Source of the DNA: Rhizobium sp. Q54
GTDB taxonomy: Bacteria; Pseudomonadota; Alphaproteobacteria; UBA2966; CAIVPW01
Length of the DNA: 64,000 nucleotides
Assembly: GCA_945947575.1 (NCBI GenBank)
Contig: CAMEYM010000007.1
Coordinates: 26,862-90,861 of the forward strand
Direction of reading: 5' to 3'
The notes beneath the pieces are model-generated. The model was given only the letters and a program-made list of their open reading frames with translations. It did not search any database and was not told where the DNA came from. Position 1 is the first letter of the stretch, and every line of letters starts with the position of its first letter. This document shows positions 9,844 to 19,633 of this stretch, piece after piece. The translations under genes were made by a program, and so were the position numbers.

Positions 9844-10889
9844 CGCGAGGACGGTTGCAAGGCACGATATGGAACGACGGTGCGCCCGGCGGGAAACGGC
9901 ACTTCGGCGACGGCCTCGCCGCGGGCGAGGGCGACGATGTCGTCGTAGAGCGGTACGCCGGCGCAGATCGTCACGGTGACGCTGCCGCTCGGACGTGGAT
10001 TGATCTCGACGACGTACGGCATGCCGGCCGCGTCGAACATCACGTCGCAGTCGTACAGCCAGCTCAGATTGAAATGCTCGATCAGGCTCCGGCCGAGTTG
10101 CAGGAGTGCCGGACTGTTCACGACAGTATGCCCTTCGTTCGGCTGCTGCGAGTTCAGCCGTCTGCGTGCGACGACGCGAACGGGCTGGCCGTGCCAGCCC
10201 AGCATGTCGATGTCGTGCACGGGCTCTTCGAGACGCTGCATCACGATCGCTGGCAACGAAGACTCGCTGTGCGCCAGCAGGTGTTCGCGGTAGTAGGTGA
10301 CGCCGCAGTGGATCTCCCGCGCCCCCGGCAAAGGGGGCGCAACACCCTCGATATCCTTTTGGATAACCACAGCGCCGCGGCCACCGCGTCCGCCCGATGG
10401 CTTCACCACAGCCTCGCCACGCGCCTGCAGCATCTTGTCGACCGCCACGGTCAGCTGGGCGAGGGTGGTGACCTCGGTCCACTCTGGAACGGCAAGCCCG
10501 GCCCGGGCGATTGCTGCGTGCGTTGCCGCCTTAGAGGAGAACACCCGAATGGTCGCCGCGTCGGTGCACGCCAGCAGGCGGCCGCCCTTCTCGAGTGCCG
10601 CCCGGCCAGCGGACAGTGCGATCGCTTCCTCGTCCGACGAAGGCAGGACGATCTGCACGCCCTCCCGCTCGGCCACCGCGCGAACGGCGTCGACGTAGCC
10701 GGCTTCGGTGCCGCGCGGAACGACATGAAATGCATCGCAGAAGTGCCGTCCCACCGCCGACGGACTGGCATCGACGCCGACGGTTCGGATGCGGTAGCGC
10801 GTCGAGTTGCGCATGTACTGCAACGCCTGCGGCGCAAGCTCGCCGCCGACGCACGTCATCAACAGCGTGGCTTCAGGCTTCGAGGACAT
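9840..10889 (-). CDS. ATP-grasp domain protein (probable amide ligase)
   Basis: PSSDEE, VVKPSGGRGGRG, MQRL, EINPRPSGS. Confidence 0.85.
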   Translation of the reverse strand: MSSKPEATLLMTCVGGELAPQALQYMRNSTRYRIRTVGVDASPSAVGRHFCDAFHVVPRGTEAGYVDAVRAVAEREGVQIVLPSSDEEAIALSAGRAALEKGGRLLACTDAATIRVFSSKAATHAAIARAGLAVPEWTEVTTLAQLTVAVDKMLQARGEAVVKPSGGRGGRGAVVIQKDIEGVAPPLPGAREIHCGVTYYREHLLAHSESSLPAIVMQRLEEPVHDIDMLGWHGQPVRVVARRRLNSQQPNEGHTVVNSPALLQLGRSLIEHFNLSWLYDCDVMFDAAGMPYVVEINPRPSGSVTVTICAGVPLYDDIVALARGEAVAEVPFPAGRTVVPYRALQPSSR

Positions 10890-11925
10890 GCACGGGGACC
10901 GGGTCGTCGCATCGCAAGGCAAGGGGCGCGCGGCGACCGAGCACCTTGCCCCAATCGCGCGGCGCCAGACCGGACATGCCGGGCAGCGGACGCTTCAGGG
11001 CCAGGTTGCTCTCCTCGAAGGTTTCGCCGGCGGCAATGTCGCGCCCGGCGACGATGATCCGTCGGAAGCGTGGTGCCTGGCCGCGCTCTTGCTGCGTCAG
11101 CGTCTTGGCGTAGCTACCAAGCACGACGTGCGCATCGCGGACTCCGCGAACCAACTCCGCCATCCCCGCCTGATCCAGGGAGATGTGATGGTCGAAGCCG
11201 GGCCGCTTGGTGTCGAGGGTGAAGTGCTTCTCGATCATGCAGGCCCCGGCCGCGACGGCAAGCGCCGCTGCCGACGTGCCTACGGAATGGTCCGAGAATC
11301 CCACTGGAGCGCGGTAGCGCGCTTCCATCCAGCGCATTGCGCCGAGGTTGAGGTACTCCCGCGCCGTGGGGTACAGCGAGGTGCATTGGAACAGGCCCAG
11401 CTCCATTGCGCCGGCTTCCCGCGCCGCGGCCACTGCCTCGTCGATCTCGGCAGAATCGGCCATTCCGGTGGACATCAGTATGGTGCGCCCGGTGCGCGCC
11501 GCATGCTGCAGGGCGGGCACGTTCGTCAGGAGGCCGGACGAGATCTTGTGAGCCGCCGGTTCGAGGCGTTCGATCCAATCGATCGTCGGCGCGTCGCCAG
11601 CGGTAGTGAAGGCCTCCATCCCCAGGAAGCGCGCGAAGTCGAACATGGCCGCGGTGTCCTCGCGGCTCAGCACGGCGCGGCTGAACAGAAGGTAGCTCTC
11701 GGACCCACGCATATAGTTCTGGTCGGGATCCATCGTCTGCAGTTTGATCGCATCCGCGCCCGCGCGTGCGGCGGCCTCGATCATGGCCGCGCAGACAGAC
11801 GCGTCGCCTTCGTGATTGATGCCGATCTCGGCGATGACGGCTACAGGCTGGCCGACGCCAATCCGGCGGCGCCCGAAGCGGATTGCGGCCGCACTGCGCA
11901 AGAGATCAGAGGGCGACGATTGCAT
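10873..11925 (-). CDS. NeuB-family nonulosonate synthase (PseI/SpsE-like) with SAF domain
   Basis: IAEIGINHEG, DAIKLQT, KISSG, STGM, CTSLYPT, GFSDH, IEKHFTLD, RRIIVAGRDI. Confidence 0.92.
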   Translation of the reverse strand: MQSSPSDLLRSAAAIRFGRRRIGVGQPVAVIAEIGINHEGDASVCAAMIEAAARAGADAIKLQTMDPDQNYMRGSESYLLFSRAVLSREDTAAMFDFARFLGMEAFTTAGDAPTIDWIERLEPAAHKISSGLLTNVPALQHAARTGRTILMSTGMADSAEIDEAVAAAREAGAMELGLFQCTSLYPTAREYLNLGAMRWMEARYRAPVGFSDHSVGTSAAALAVAAGACMIEKHFTLDTKRPGFDHHISLDQAGMAELVRGVRDAHVVLGSYAKTLTQQERGQAPRFRRIIVAGRDIAAGETFEESNLALKRPLPGMSGLAPRDWGKVLGRRAPLALRCDDPVPVHVLEA

Positions 11926-13726
11926 CCGCGGCTCTCTTGCCCGACCGGCCGTCGACGTGCCCGAAGTAGTGCGCCACCACCTGCGCGCGGCGTGCCGCCT
12001 TGTCGGCCCATCGCCGACGAATCTCGTTTAGGGGAAGCATCAGGAGGGTACGCAATGCCTCATGGAACCCCGGCTGCGCGCGATCGAAGACGAAGAAGGC
12101 CTCGTCGAAGGCGAGCCGCGCATTCGCAAACAACGGCAAGTCGCGGGGATGATCGAGGAATATGAAGGGCCTGCCGGAGACGGCGCCCCAGGCGATGCTG
12201 CTGGTCGCGCGGGAGGAAAGGACGATGTCCGCATCCGGGATCAGGAATGAAACGTCGTCACGGCCGCCATATACCTCGACGTTCTTGTGTCGAGCGGCGG
12301 CCACCAGGATCGGGTCAGGGTCGCAGTAGCGCACCGCGGGGTACGGTTTGAAGACCACGCGGAACGGCACGACACCAAGCACTTGTTCCACCAGCGCGAC
12401 GTCGTTGGCCGCCGCCTCGAGGTCGCTCAGGCCGCGCGAGCCGATCATCTGGCTCTCATGGCCAGCATACAGGGTCGAGGAGATCACCAGTAGGGTCGGC
12501 GCCGTGGCACGCGAGGGACGATAGGTTGCACACCGCGAGAACTCGGCCGGCATGCCGACGGCCACGCACTTGGCGGAGTTGAGCGGGGACCGCTCAGACA
12601 CTTCCGCAGCCGCCGGACTGTAGGTGAAGAAGTAGTCCGCGGTGTTGCCCTCGAAGTACGCTTCGATGCGCTGATTGTTCTGCGAGATTTCGCGCGCGGT
12701 TCCGTGCTGGAAACCGATCACCGGCAAGCCCACGCTGCGGCATACGTGAAAGAGGGCCGGAGTCTCGGGCAGCATCAGCATGTTGGTGAGCACGCCGCGC
12801 AGCGACCGGCGGGGCCGCTGCGCGAGGGCCGTGCGCCACCAATGCAGTGCGCCGGTGTAGCGGTCGGCGGCCTCTAGGAGGTCCTCCAGGATCACAGCGC
12901 GGACGACGCTCCAGACGAACTTCGGTACGAGCGGTTGCAGGTGGTGCTCGATCACCGTGGTTATCAGGCGCCCCAGGCGCTCGCGCTCCGGATCGGCCGC
13001 CATTGTCTGAGATTGACTCAGCCAGGCCAGTCCGTAGCCGCGCATGGCTAGGCTGGTCACGGCCTCGCGCAACAGGGAATTCTCGCGCAGGATCAAGTAG
13101 GTGCCGCGCGGCGAGCGGAAGGAGCGATCGCGCCAGAAGCCGGAAGTCGCCTGGAAACCGAGTTTGGCGCCGCGACCGAGGCGCTGGCGATCCCAGAACC
13201 GGCTCGTCTCCTGTTGCGGGCCGGCAGCTGCGGCGACCGCTGCGGGAACCTCAAACGTCTGCACGTGGGCGACCTGGCGCAACAGGCGCTCCCAATGCGG
13301 GCGCTGGGCGACCGCGTACGGCAGGCCTTCCTTCGCAGGCAGAAGCACGGCCACGCGCCGGCCGGCATCGCCGGCGCGCAGGGTCATCGCGTTGAGCACC
13401 AAGCCGCCGACCCGCAGCACCCTCTGCGCCAGCACGATGCCGTGGCCCTTGATGGCCGTGTCCAGATGGCACCCTGCGTAGAGATCGAGCGAGCACTGGT
13501 GGATCGCTTCGCCCAGGGTATCGTGCAGGATCACTCCGGCGGGCTCGGCCGGACTCGCGCTGCCGGCCAACAGGAGCGCGGGAGCCACGCTGCGTAGCTC
13601 CGCGCTGCTCGGCAGACCGGCACGACGGGCCGCGTCCAACACCTCGCGGCTGTCGACGAAGGCAAGCTCGACATCCTGCAAGCCGAGGGCCGGCGCCGGG
13701 TTTCGGATGGCGCGTGCTGTCTTCAT
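11906..13726 (-). CDS. Uncharacterised 606-aa protein with a GT-B-like C-terminus; candidate nonulosonate transferase
   Basis: Long ORF overlap-coupled to both neighbours; GFQHG, VFKPYP, DIVLSSRATSS motifs. Confidence 0.6.
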   Translation of the reverse strand: MKTARAIRNPAPALGLQDVELAFVDSREVLDAARRAGLPSSAELRSVAPALLLAGSASPAEPAGVILHDTLGEAIHQCSLDLYAGCHLDTAIKGHGIVLAQRVLRVGGLVLNAMTLRAGDAGRRVAVLLPAKEGLPYAVAQRPHWERLLRQVAHVQTFEVPAAVAAAAGPQQETSRFWDRQRLGRGAKLGFQATSGFWRDRSFRSPRGTYLILRENSLLREAVTSLAMRGYGLAWLSQSQTMAADPERERLGRLITTVIEHHLQPLVPKFVWSVVRAVILEDLLEAADRYTGALHWWRTALAQRPRRSLRGVLTNMLMLPETPALFHVCRSVGLPVIGFQHGTAREISQNNQRIEAYFEGNTADYFFTYSPAAAEVSERSPLNSAKCVAVGMPAEFSRCATYRPSRATAPTLLVISSTLYAGHESQMIGSRGLSDLEAAANDVALVEQVLGVVPFRVVFKPYPAVRYCDPDPILVAAARHKNVEVYGGRDDVSFLIPDADIVLSSRATSSIAWGAVSGRPFIFLDHPRDLPLFANARLAFDEAFFVFDRAQPGFHEALRTLLMLPLNEIRRRWADKAARRAQVVAHYFGHVDGRSGKRAADAIVAL

Positions 13727-14733
13727 TCCCGGGATGCAGCAGCGAGCAAGGCGGACGCTGCGCGCTGTGCGCCGCGTCCGTCCACTGCGGCGCGCGCCTT
13801 GGCAGCCATTGTGGTTCGGTGTTGCGGGTCGCGCGCCAGGCGCACGACTGCAGCGGCAATGTTGCTGGGTGTGGCGTCGGCCAGATCCCCGAGCAGCAGC
13901 GTGGCCTCAGCCCGCTCCGCCTCGCGGGCGTTACTCCATTGGTTGTCAGCCGACACGATGGTAATCGTCGGTGTCGCGCACGCCATCCGCTCGAGCAGAC
14001 CGACGCCACCGTTGCCGATCGCCAGATCGGTCTTGAGCAGTAGCGGGCGCAAGTTGGTGAGGGTCGTCACGACTTCGGCGCTACCAGGGAAGGACTTGGC
14101 CAGCTCGGCGCTGACGCGGGCGAGATGAGGCGCGTGCGACCCCAGGACTACCGTAACTCGCGGCGCGACCCCGGCGGCGCGGGCCTGCAGGAGGCCGGCG
14201 ATGGCAGTGGACGTCCCGTCGGCCGAATCGCGCAACCCAAACGCCACGACGACGTGCCGCAGCTCTGTCGTTGGCTCGCGAAGCGGTGCGTCCGCATACT
14301 GGGGTGCGAGGAGGGCGTACGAGATTCCGGCAACGCCCGCCCCATATGCCACACTTGGCGCAGAGGTACGCAGAACGAAGTCAGCGTGGTCGGGAGCGGC
14401 GTCCAGATCGTCGATGACCGCGAGGTAGGCCGCGGCCTGTCGCCAGCGTCGCCTGTCCGCCGCGGTGAAGGTGTAGCCATCCAGGACGCACCCGGCCCAC
14501 GGTCCGGTTTCCGCACCGCTGTCGAACCGTGCGCCAAAGCCAAGCTGCGACAGTTCGCGTTGCCACTCGAACGACCCTGGATCGAGGATGAACTCCACCC
14601 GCACCGAGCGGCGGAGCTCCACGGCGAGGGCCTGGCAACGACGCACGTGTCCGCCACCGACTTCCGCGCGCGAGGCGACGCGGATCGCCCAGGGCAGCGA
14701 CTGCGATTGGAGGGGCACCGGGACCGGGACCAT
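13723..14733 (-). CDS. pseG: PseG-like nucleotide-sugar hydrolase (GT28-like fold)
   Basis: VGGGHVRRCQALA, VLDGY, IDDL, GGVG...ERMACATP, ADNQ. Confidence 0.8.
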   Translation of the reverse strand: MVPVPVPLQSQSLPWAIRVASRAEVGGGHVRRCQALAVELRRSVRVEFILDPGSFEWQRELSQLGFGARFDSGAETGPWAGCVLDGYTFTAADRRRWRQAAAYLAVIDDLDAAPDHADFVLRTSAPSVAYGAGVAGISYALLAPQYADAPLREPTTELRHVVVAFGLRDSADGTSTAIAGLLQARAAGVAPRVTVVLGSHAPHLARVSAELAKSFPGSAEVVTTLTNLRPLLLKTDLAIGNGGVGLLERMACATPTITIVSADNQWSNAREAERAEATLLLGDLADATPSNIAAAVVRLARDPQHRTTMAAKARAAVDGRGAQRAASALLAAASRE

Positions 14734-14736
14734 CGC

Positions 14737-15942
14737 CTAGGCGGACAGAGCTCGCGCCAGCGCCGCAACGGCACGGTCGCAGTCCTCGTCGCGCATTGAA
14801 GCGAACATCGGCAGGGACAATGTGCCGGCGTAGTAGGCCTCTGCGCCCGGCAGCCTCGTTGGGGCGCCGTGCCGCTGGTAGTAAGGGTGGCGATACACCG
14901 GGATGTAGTGGACCTGCGTGCCGACCCCATGCGCACGCATGATGTCGACCACCCGCTGCCGTGAGCGTCCCGCGGCAGCGAAGTCGATATGCACGGCGTA
15001 GAGGTGCCAGCACGGCCGGCAGTTGGGCACGCGCACCGGCGTGCGCACCACCGGCGCCATATGCCGGAGCGCCTGGTCATACCGGTCGGCGAGCGCTGCG
15101 CGGCGGGTGCGCATCTCCGGCAGGCGCTGCAGCTGGTGGACGCCCAGCGCGCACTGAAAGTCGGTGAGGCGATAGTTGAACGCGGGCTCGACCAACTCGT
15201 AGTACCAAGACGGCGCCGAGTTGCGGCCTTCGTCCGTAACGTAGTCGGCGGCGTCCCGCGTCAGCCCGTGGTTGCGCAAGAGTCGCAGGCGCGCCGCGAG
15301 GGTACCGTCGTTGGTACACACGGCGCCGCCTTCGCCGGTTGTGATGTTCTTCACGGCGTGGAACGAGAACGACGCCATGGCGGCGTGACGCGCGCTGCCG
15401 ACAGGGTGCCAAGCGCCGTCGGCCTCGTACGCCGAGCCGACCGCGTGGGCGCTGTCGTCCACCACGGTTATCCCGCGCCGTGTCGCGATCGCGGCGATTT
15501 CGACCTTGGCCGGCGTTTGCCCAGCGAGATCGACTGGTAGCACGACGCGCACTGGCTTCCCTGCCGCGCGCCGCAGCGCGTCCTCGAACGATTCCGGCGT
15601 CATTAAGCCGGTGCGCGCGTCGACGTCGGCGAATACGACTTCCATTCCGACTAGTCGCGCGGCGTTGGCCGTCGCGACAAAGGTGATGGCGGGCACCACG
15701 GCGACCGAACCAGGCTCCACGTCCAAAGCGGTCAGCGCCAGGTGCAAGGCAGCGGTGCCGTTCGCGCAGGCGACGGCCTCCTTGGCGTCTACCGCCTGGG
15801 CGAGCGCGCGCTCGAATGTAGGAACGCCCGGCCCAGTGGTGAGCCAATCGCTGCGCAGCACGTCGATGACGGCTTGCACATCCCCGTCGGTAATGGACTG
15901 GCGGGCGTACGGCAGGAAGGGCGTAGTGGCCGGTTTCGACAT
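14737..15942 (-). CDS. pseC: PseC-like DegT/DnrJ aminotransferase
   Basis: LPYARQSI, WLTTGP, NGTAALHLA, SFHAVKNITTGEGG, FNYRLTD, VHYIPV. Confidence 0.88.
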   Translation of the reverse strand: MSKPATTPFLPYARQSITDGDVQAVIDVLRSDWLTTGPGVPTFERALAQAVDAKEAVACANGTAALHLALTALDVEPGSVAVVPAITFVATANAARLVGMEVVFADVDARTGLMTPESFEDALRRAAGKPVRVVLPVDLAGQTPAKVEIAAIATRRGITVVDDSAHAVGSAYEADGAWHPVGSARHAAMASFSFHAVKNITTGEGGAVCTNDGTLAARLRLLRNHGLTRDAADYVTDEGRNSAPSWYYELVEPAFNYRLTDFQCALGVHQLQRLPEMRTRRAALADRYDQALRHMAPVVRTPVRVPNCRPCWHLYAVHIDFAAAGRSRQRVVDIMRAHGVGTQVHYIPVYRHPYYQRHGAPTRLPGAEAYYAGTLSLPMFASMRDEDCDRAVAALARALSA

Positions 15943-15943
15943 G

Positions 15944-17140
15944 CTAGGCGAATAGGGCCTGTATCTGACGTACGATGTCGCGGCCCTCAGCGATACGGAA
16001 TGACTCGCGGTCCTTGGGCTCCCGTGCAGGCGGCTCACCGTTCGCAAGCAACAAGGCGACGTTTGTCCGCAAGCGCTCCGGATCGCGGAGGTCGGAGAAA
16101 TAGTCCACGAAGGGCGCCAGGAGGGATTTCCCCTCGGCGGCGGCGGCCAGACCGGGCGAGTAGCGGACGTGGTCGATGGTGGGTACGCCGAGCGCAAACG
16201 CGTCGAGCAAGACCGTCGACGAGTAGTAGGCCAGCGCAAAGCGGGCGCCGCGCAGGAGCTGCAGGGGGTGCGCGTAGCTGATCACGTAGTTCGAGTAGCC
16301 GATCTCGTCGATCAGGCGTCGTAGGTGCGCCATGTCGGTCACCGGGTGCGGCTTGAACACGGTGCGAATCTGGTCGCAGAACGGCTTCAGCAGGGTGAGG
16401 ACTTCGCGCACCAGCGCGTCGGTATCCTTGTTGCCTGCGGCGGGATCCGGATTGAGGATGTTCTGCAGGACGAACAGGAAATAAGGGGCCTGAACGTCGG
16501 GTCCCAGCAGCCGCGTCCGCGTGCGATCCAAGAAGCGGAGCCATTCGGGCAGGATGCGCGGATAGCCGATCCAGACAGGCGTCGGGCCCGAGGGCGCGTG
16601 CGCCAGCCGCTCGCTCGTCAAGACGCCGTCGTAGTTGCGCAGGGTCGCGATCTTCTCCGCAATGCTCGGCTCGAGCTCAGCCTTGCGGCCGCGATCTGCC
16701 TGCCATCCCTGATTGGCGGCACGGAAGCGGGCGTCGATGAACTCCGGCATGACGCTCAGCATGGAGTAAACCGAACGGCCGCCATGTATCGCCCGGTTGA
16801 TGCGCGTCAGCACGGCGAAGAGCCCGCCGAATTCGGTCGTGGCGATGGCCACGCACCGGTGCAATAGGAGGACGCGAAGCAGCCAGATCGCCTTCAGCTT
16901 GCGCATCAGGACGTTGCCCGACGGCAGCGCCGTCAGTGTTGCTCCGATCGCTTCAATGCCGGCCATCAACGTGACGTTCTGGCGGATCGGCGACAGGTGC
17001 CGCTGTTGTGCCACGACGATGAGCGGCTTCTCGATCACACCGGCTGCGTGCAGCTCGACCAGCAGCGGCAGGGTGTTGTCGAGGAACTTCACCTTCTGCT
17101 TCAGCAGCACGACGCAACGCACGGGGGCTCTTGTTGGCAT
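15944..17140 (-). CDS. Uncharacterised protein with KPHP motif; candidate nonulosonate transferase
   Basis: Coupled ORF; IGYPR, VFKPHP, YYSSTVLLDAFALGVP, resembling the C-termini of GT-B ulosonate/CDP-glycerol transferases. Confidence 0.6.
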   Translation of the reverse strand: MPTRAPVRCVVLLKQKVKFLDNTLPLLVELHAAGVIEKPLIVVAQQRHLSPIRQNVTLMAGIEAIGATLTALPSGNVLMRKLKAIWLLRVLLLHRCVAIATTEFGGLFAVLTRINRAIHGGRSVYSMLSVMPEFIDARFRAANQGWQADRGRKAELEPSIAEKIATLRNYDGVLTSERLAHAPSGPTPVWIGYPRILPEWLRFLDRTRTRLLGPDVQAPYFLFVLQNILNPDPAAGNKDTDALVREVLTLLKPFCDQIRTVFKPHPVTDMAHLRRLIDEIGYSNYVISYAHPLQLLRGARFALAYYSSTVLLDAFALGVPTIDHVRYSPGLAAAAEGKSLLAPFVDYFSDLRDPERLRTNVALLLANGEPPAREPKDRESFRIAEGRDIVRQIQALFA

Positions 17141-18189
17141 CACTTGGGGTGCCACTGATGAACGTCCAGTTCGGCGCGTCCAAGGTCGTCCGGGCGTCCG
17201 ACGTCGAGCCAATACTCGTGGATAGGAAACAAGCCGACGCGCTTGTTCTGTTGCACCGCGCTACGCAGCAACTCGGGCATATCCAGGCGCACTGCGGGCT
17301 GCGCCAAGCGGTAGATTGAGGGCTCCAGGACATAAAGCCCGGCCGCGATAAAGTTCGAATAGCGGGGCTTTTCGCGGATGCCGACGATGTCGCCGTGGTC
17401 GTCGAGATCGAGGACGCCGAAGGGGACGTCGATCTCGTAGCGTGCCGCTCCCACCGTCGCGTCGCGGCCGCTGGTTTGATGGTGCACCATCATGGCTCCA
17501 TAGTCCGCGCGCGTCAGGATGTCTCCGTTGAGCACCAGTATTGGCCCATCGACGTTGCGGGGCAGAAGCGACAAGCCGCCCGCCGTGCCCATCGGCTGGG
17601 TCTCGGTCAGGACGTCAATCGCGGCGCGAAAGCCGGCTCCGGCGCAGTAGCTGCGAATCTGATCACCGAGGTAGTGCACGGTGACGAACACCCGCTGAAC
17701 GCCCTGTTCTTCAAGGTTGCGGACTAGGTGCCACAGGATGGGTTTGCCGCCAACCGAGAGCATGGGTTTCGGGGTGGCGCGGGTTCGTTCGCCCAGGCGG
17801 CTGCCGAAACCTCCGGCCATGATGACGGCTGTGTGCAGACCGGGCGTCTCCGGCGAATCGCTGACCATGCACACCAATCGATCCCGTGCGTCCAGCACGG
17901 GCACGCAGCGATGGCGGCCGCTGATGGTATCCAGCATGGCAATCGCTGCTGAAACCTCGCGTGCCACGATCGGCTTGCGGTGCATGCAGTCACGGATGGG
18001 TGAATCCAGTCCGACTCCCTGCACCAGTCCGCGCCGGATGTCGCCGTCGGTGGCGATGCCGACGACGCGCCGCTCGCCGTCGACCACGACCTGGACGAGA
18101 TGGGGTGTCGCGTTCAGGCGCGCAAGAGTCTCCCGGACCGTCGACGTCTCTGCCACGGTCAATGGATCGATGTTGTTGTCGACGATCAC
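17140..18189 (-). CDS. CBS-domain nucleotidyltransferase (PtmE-like, GDP-GlcNAc route)
   Basis: TDGDIRRGL (CBS), MAGGFGSRL...PKPM, GTAGGL, NGD, YWLDVG; GTG 18189 overlaps the upstream stop. Confidence 0.88.
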   Translation of the reverse strand: MIVDNNIDPLTVAETSTVRETLARLNATPHLVQVVVDGERRVVGIATDGDIRRGLVQGVGLDSPIRDCMHRKPIVAREVSAAIAMLDTISGRHRCVPVLDARDRLVCMVSDSPETPGLHTAVIMAGGFGSRLGERTRATPKPMLSVGGKPILWHLVRNLEEQGVQRVFVTVHYLGDQIRSYCAGAGFRAAIDVLTETQPMGTAGGLSLLPRNVDGPILVLNGDILTRADYGAMMVHHQTSGRDATVGAARYEIDVPFGVLDLDDHGDIVGIREKPRYSNFIAAGLYVLEPSIYRLAQPAVRLDMPELLRSAVQQNKRVGLFPIHEYWLDVGRPDDLGRAELDVHQWHPK

Positions 18190-18827
18190 AACGAGACGAA
18201 GCGCGAGAGGATCGACAAGCCGCTGCTGCCGCTTTTTTCGGGGTGGAACTGACAACCATAGTGATTGCGATCGTGAATCACGGCCGCGATACGATTGCTG
18301 TGGTAGTCGGCCTCGGCGAGCGAGCTCGCCGCCCGTTCGGGAACGACGGCATAGGAGTGCACGAAGTAGACCGACTCGTCTTCGCTGCAGTCGTGCAGGA
18401 TGGTGCCCCTCCAGTCCGCGCCCTCCGGCCGCCGCAAGGGGGTCCACCCCACGTGCGGCACTTTGTATGCCGGGCCACCAACTGGGGCGTCGGGGATGCG
18501 GCGCACGACGCCACGAATCGCGCCCAGACCCTTGTGGCGGCCGAACTCCTCGCTGTAATCGACCATCATCTGCATGCCCACGCATATGCCGAGGAAGGGG
18601 CGGTCCGTCATCAGGAAGCGTTCGAGGGCGCCGAACAGGCCGAGCGTCTCGAGCGTGTCCACACAATCGCCGAACGCACCGACCCCGGGTACGACAAGAC
18701 GTTCGGCGCGCGCGATCTCCGCTTCCTGCCGGACAATCTCGACCCCGGCACCGACGTGCGCCAGAGCTGCGTGCACCGAACGAAGGTTCCCAATGCCGTA
18801 GTCGAGGAGGGACACTTGGTGCGTCAT
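18186..18827 (-). CDS. HisH-like glutaminase subunit (glycan amidino module)
   Basis: DYGIGN, PGVGAF, GICVGMQ, YFVHSY, QFHPEKS. Confidence 0.9.
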   Translation of the reverse strand: MTHQVSLLDYGIGNLRSVHAALAHVGAGVEIVRQEAEIARAERLVVPGVGAFGDCVDTLETLGLFGALERFLMTDRPFLGICVGMQMMVDYSEEFGRHKGLGAIRGVVRRIPDAPVGGPAYKVPHVGWTPLRRPEGADWRGTILHDCSEDESVYFVHSYAVVPERAASSLAEADYHSNRIAAVIHDRNHYGCQFHPEKSGSSGLSILSRFVSL

Positions 18828-19633
18828 CCGCCGACTGCTCGCTGGTCGTCCGGTTGGACGACAGCGCGCTTGGCGACGCGGCGCACGGGGATCTCCACTG
18901 CGCCCATTTCCCGACGGACGTCGTCTAGGGCTAGGCGCCGATAGTGCAGCACGTCGGCCATCACCACTGCGTTGGCACGCCCGTCGCGGACTGCGCGAAT
19001 CGCGTGCTCGCCGCTGCCCATTCCACCCGAAAGCATCACGGGGATCGAAACCGCATCTGCGATCTGACGAGAGAGCTCCAGGTCAAAGCCGCGGCGCGTT
19101 CCCTCTTGGTCGACGGAAGTCACCAGGATCTCGCCGGCGCCGAGCTCGGCGCCGCGCCGGGCCCACTGCACGGCGTCGACGCCGCTGTGCTCGCGTCCGT
19201 TGTCGGTATATGCCTCCCAGCCGCCCGTGGGCCGCCGCTTGGCCTCGATCGACAGCACCATGCACTGAGAGCCGAAACGCCGAGCAACCTCGGCGATGAA
19301 TTCGGGACGTCGGATCGCCGCGGTATTCACCGCGATCTTGTCTGCACCCTTGCGCAGCAGGCCCTCGACGTCGGCGAGGGTGCGAACGCCGCCACCCGCA
19401 GTGATCGGCACGAACACACGGTCGGCGGTGTATGCGAGAAGGTCTTCAAGGGTGTTGCGTTGATAAAGGGACGCAACGGCATCCATGTAGATGATCTCGT
19501 CGATGCCTTCGTCATAGTAGCGGCGCGCGAACTCGCGCGGATCGCCCACCTTGCGCACGCCCTCGAGGTTGACGCCCTTGATCAGGTACGGCGCCTTGAT
19601 GTCGAGGCGCGCAATGAGACGTACGTTGCTCAC
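18824..19633 (-). CDS. HisF-like cyclase subunit (WbuZ-like)
   Basis: RLIARLDIK, GGGVRT, GADK, GAGEILVTSVDQEGT. Confidence 0.9.
   Translation of the reverse strand: MSNVRLIARLDIKAPYLIKGVNLEGVRKVGDPREFARRYYDEGIDEIIYMDAVASLYQRNTLEDLLAYTADRVFVPITAGGGVRTLADVEGLLRKGADKIAVNTAAIRRPEFIAEVARRFGSQCMVLSIEAKRRPTGGWEAYTDNGREHSGVDAVQWARRGAELGAGEILVTSVDQEGTRRGFDLELSRQIADAVSIPVMLSGGMGSGEHAIRAVRDGRANAVVMADVLHYRRLALDDVRREMGAVEIPVRRVAKRAVVQPDDQRAVGG

Noticed and set aside
18186-19633. hisH/hisF as histidine biosynthesis genes
   Set aside because: They are coupled to an N-acetyl sugar amidotransferase with no other his genes, which is the known glycan-amidination paralogue context.
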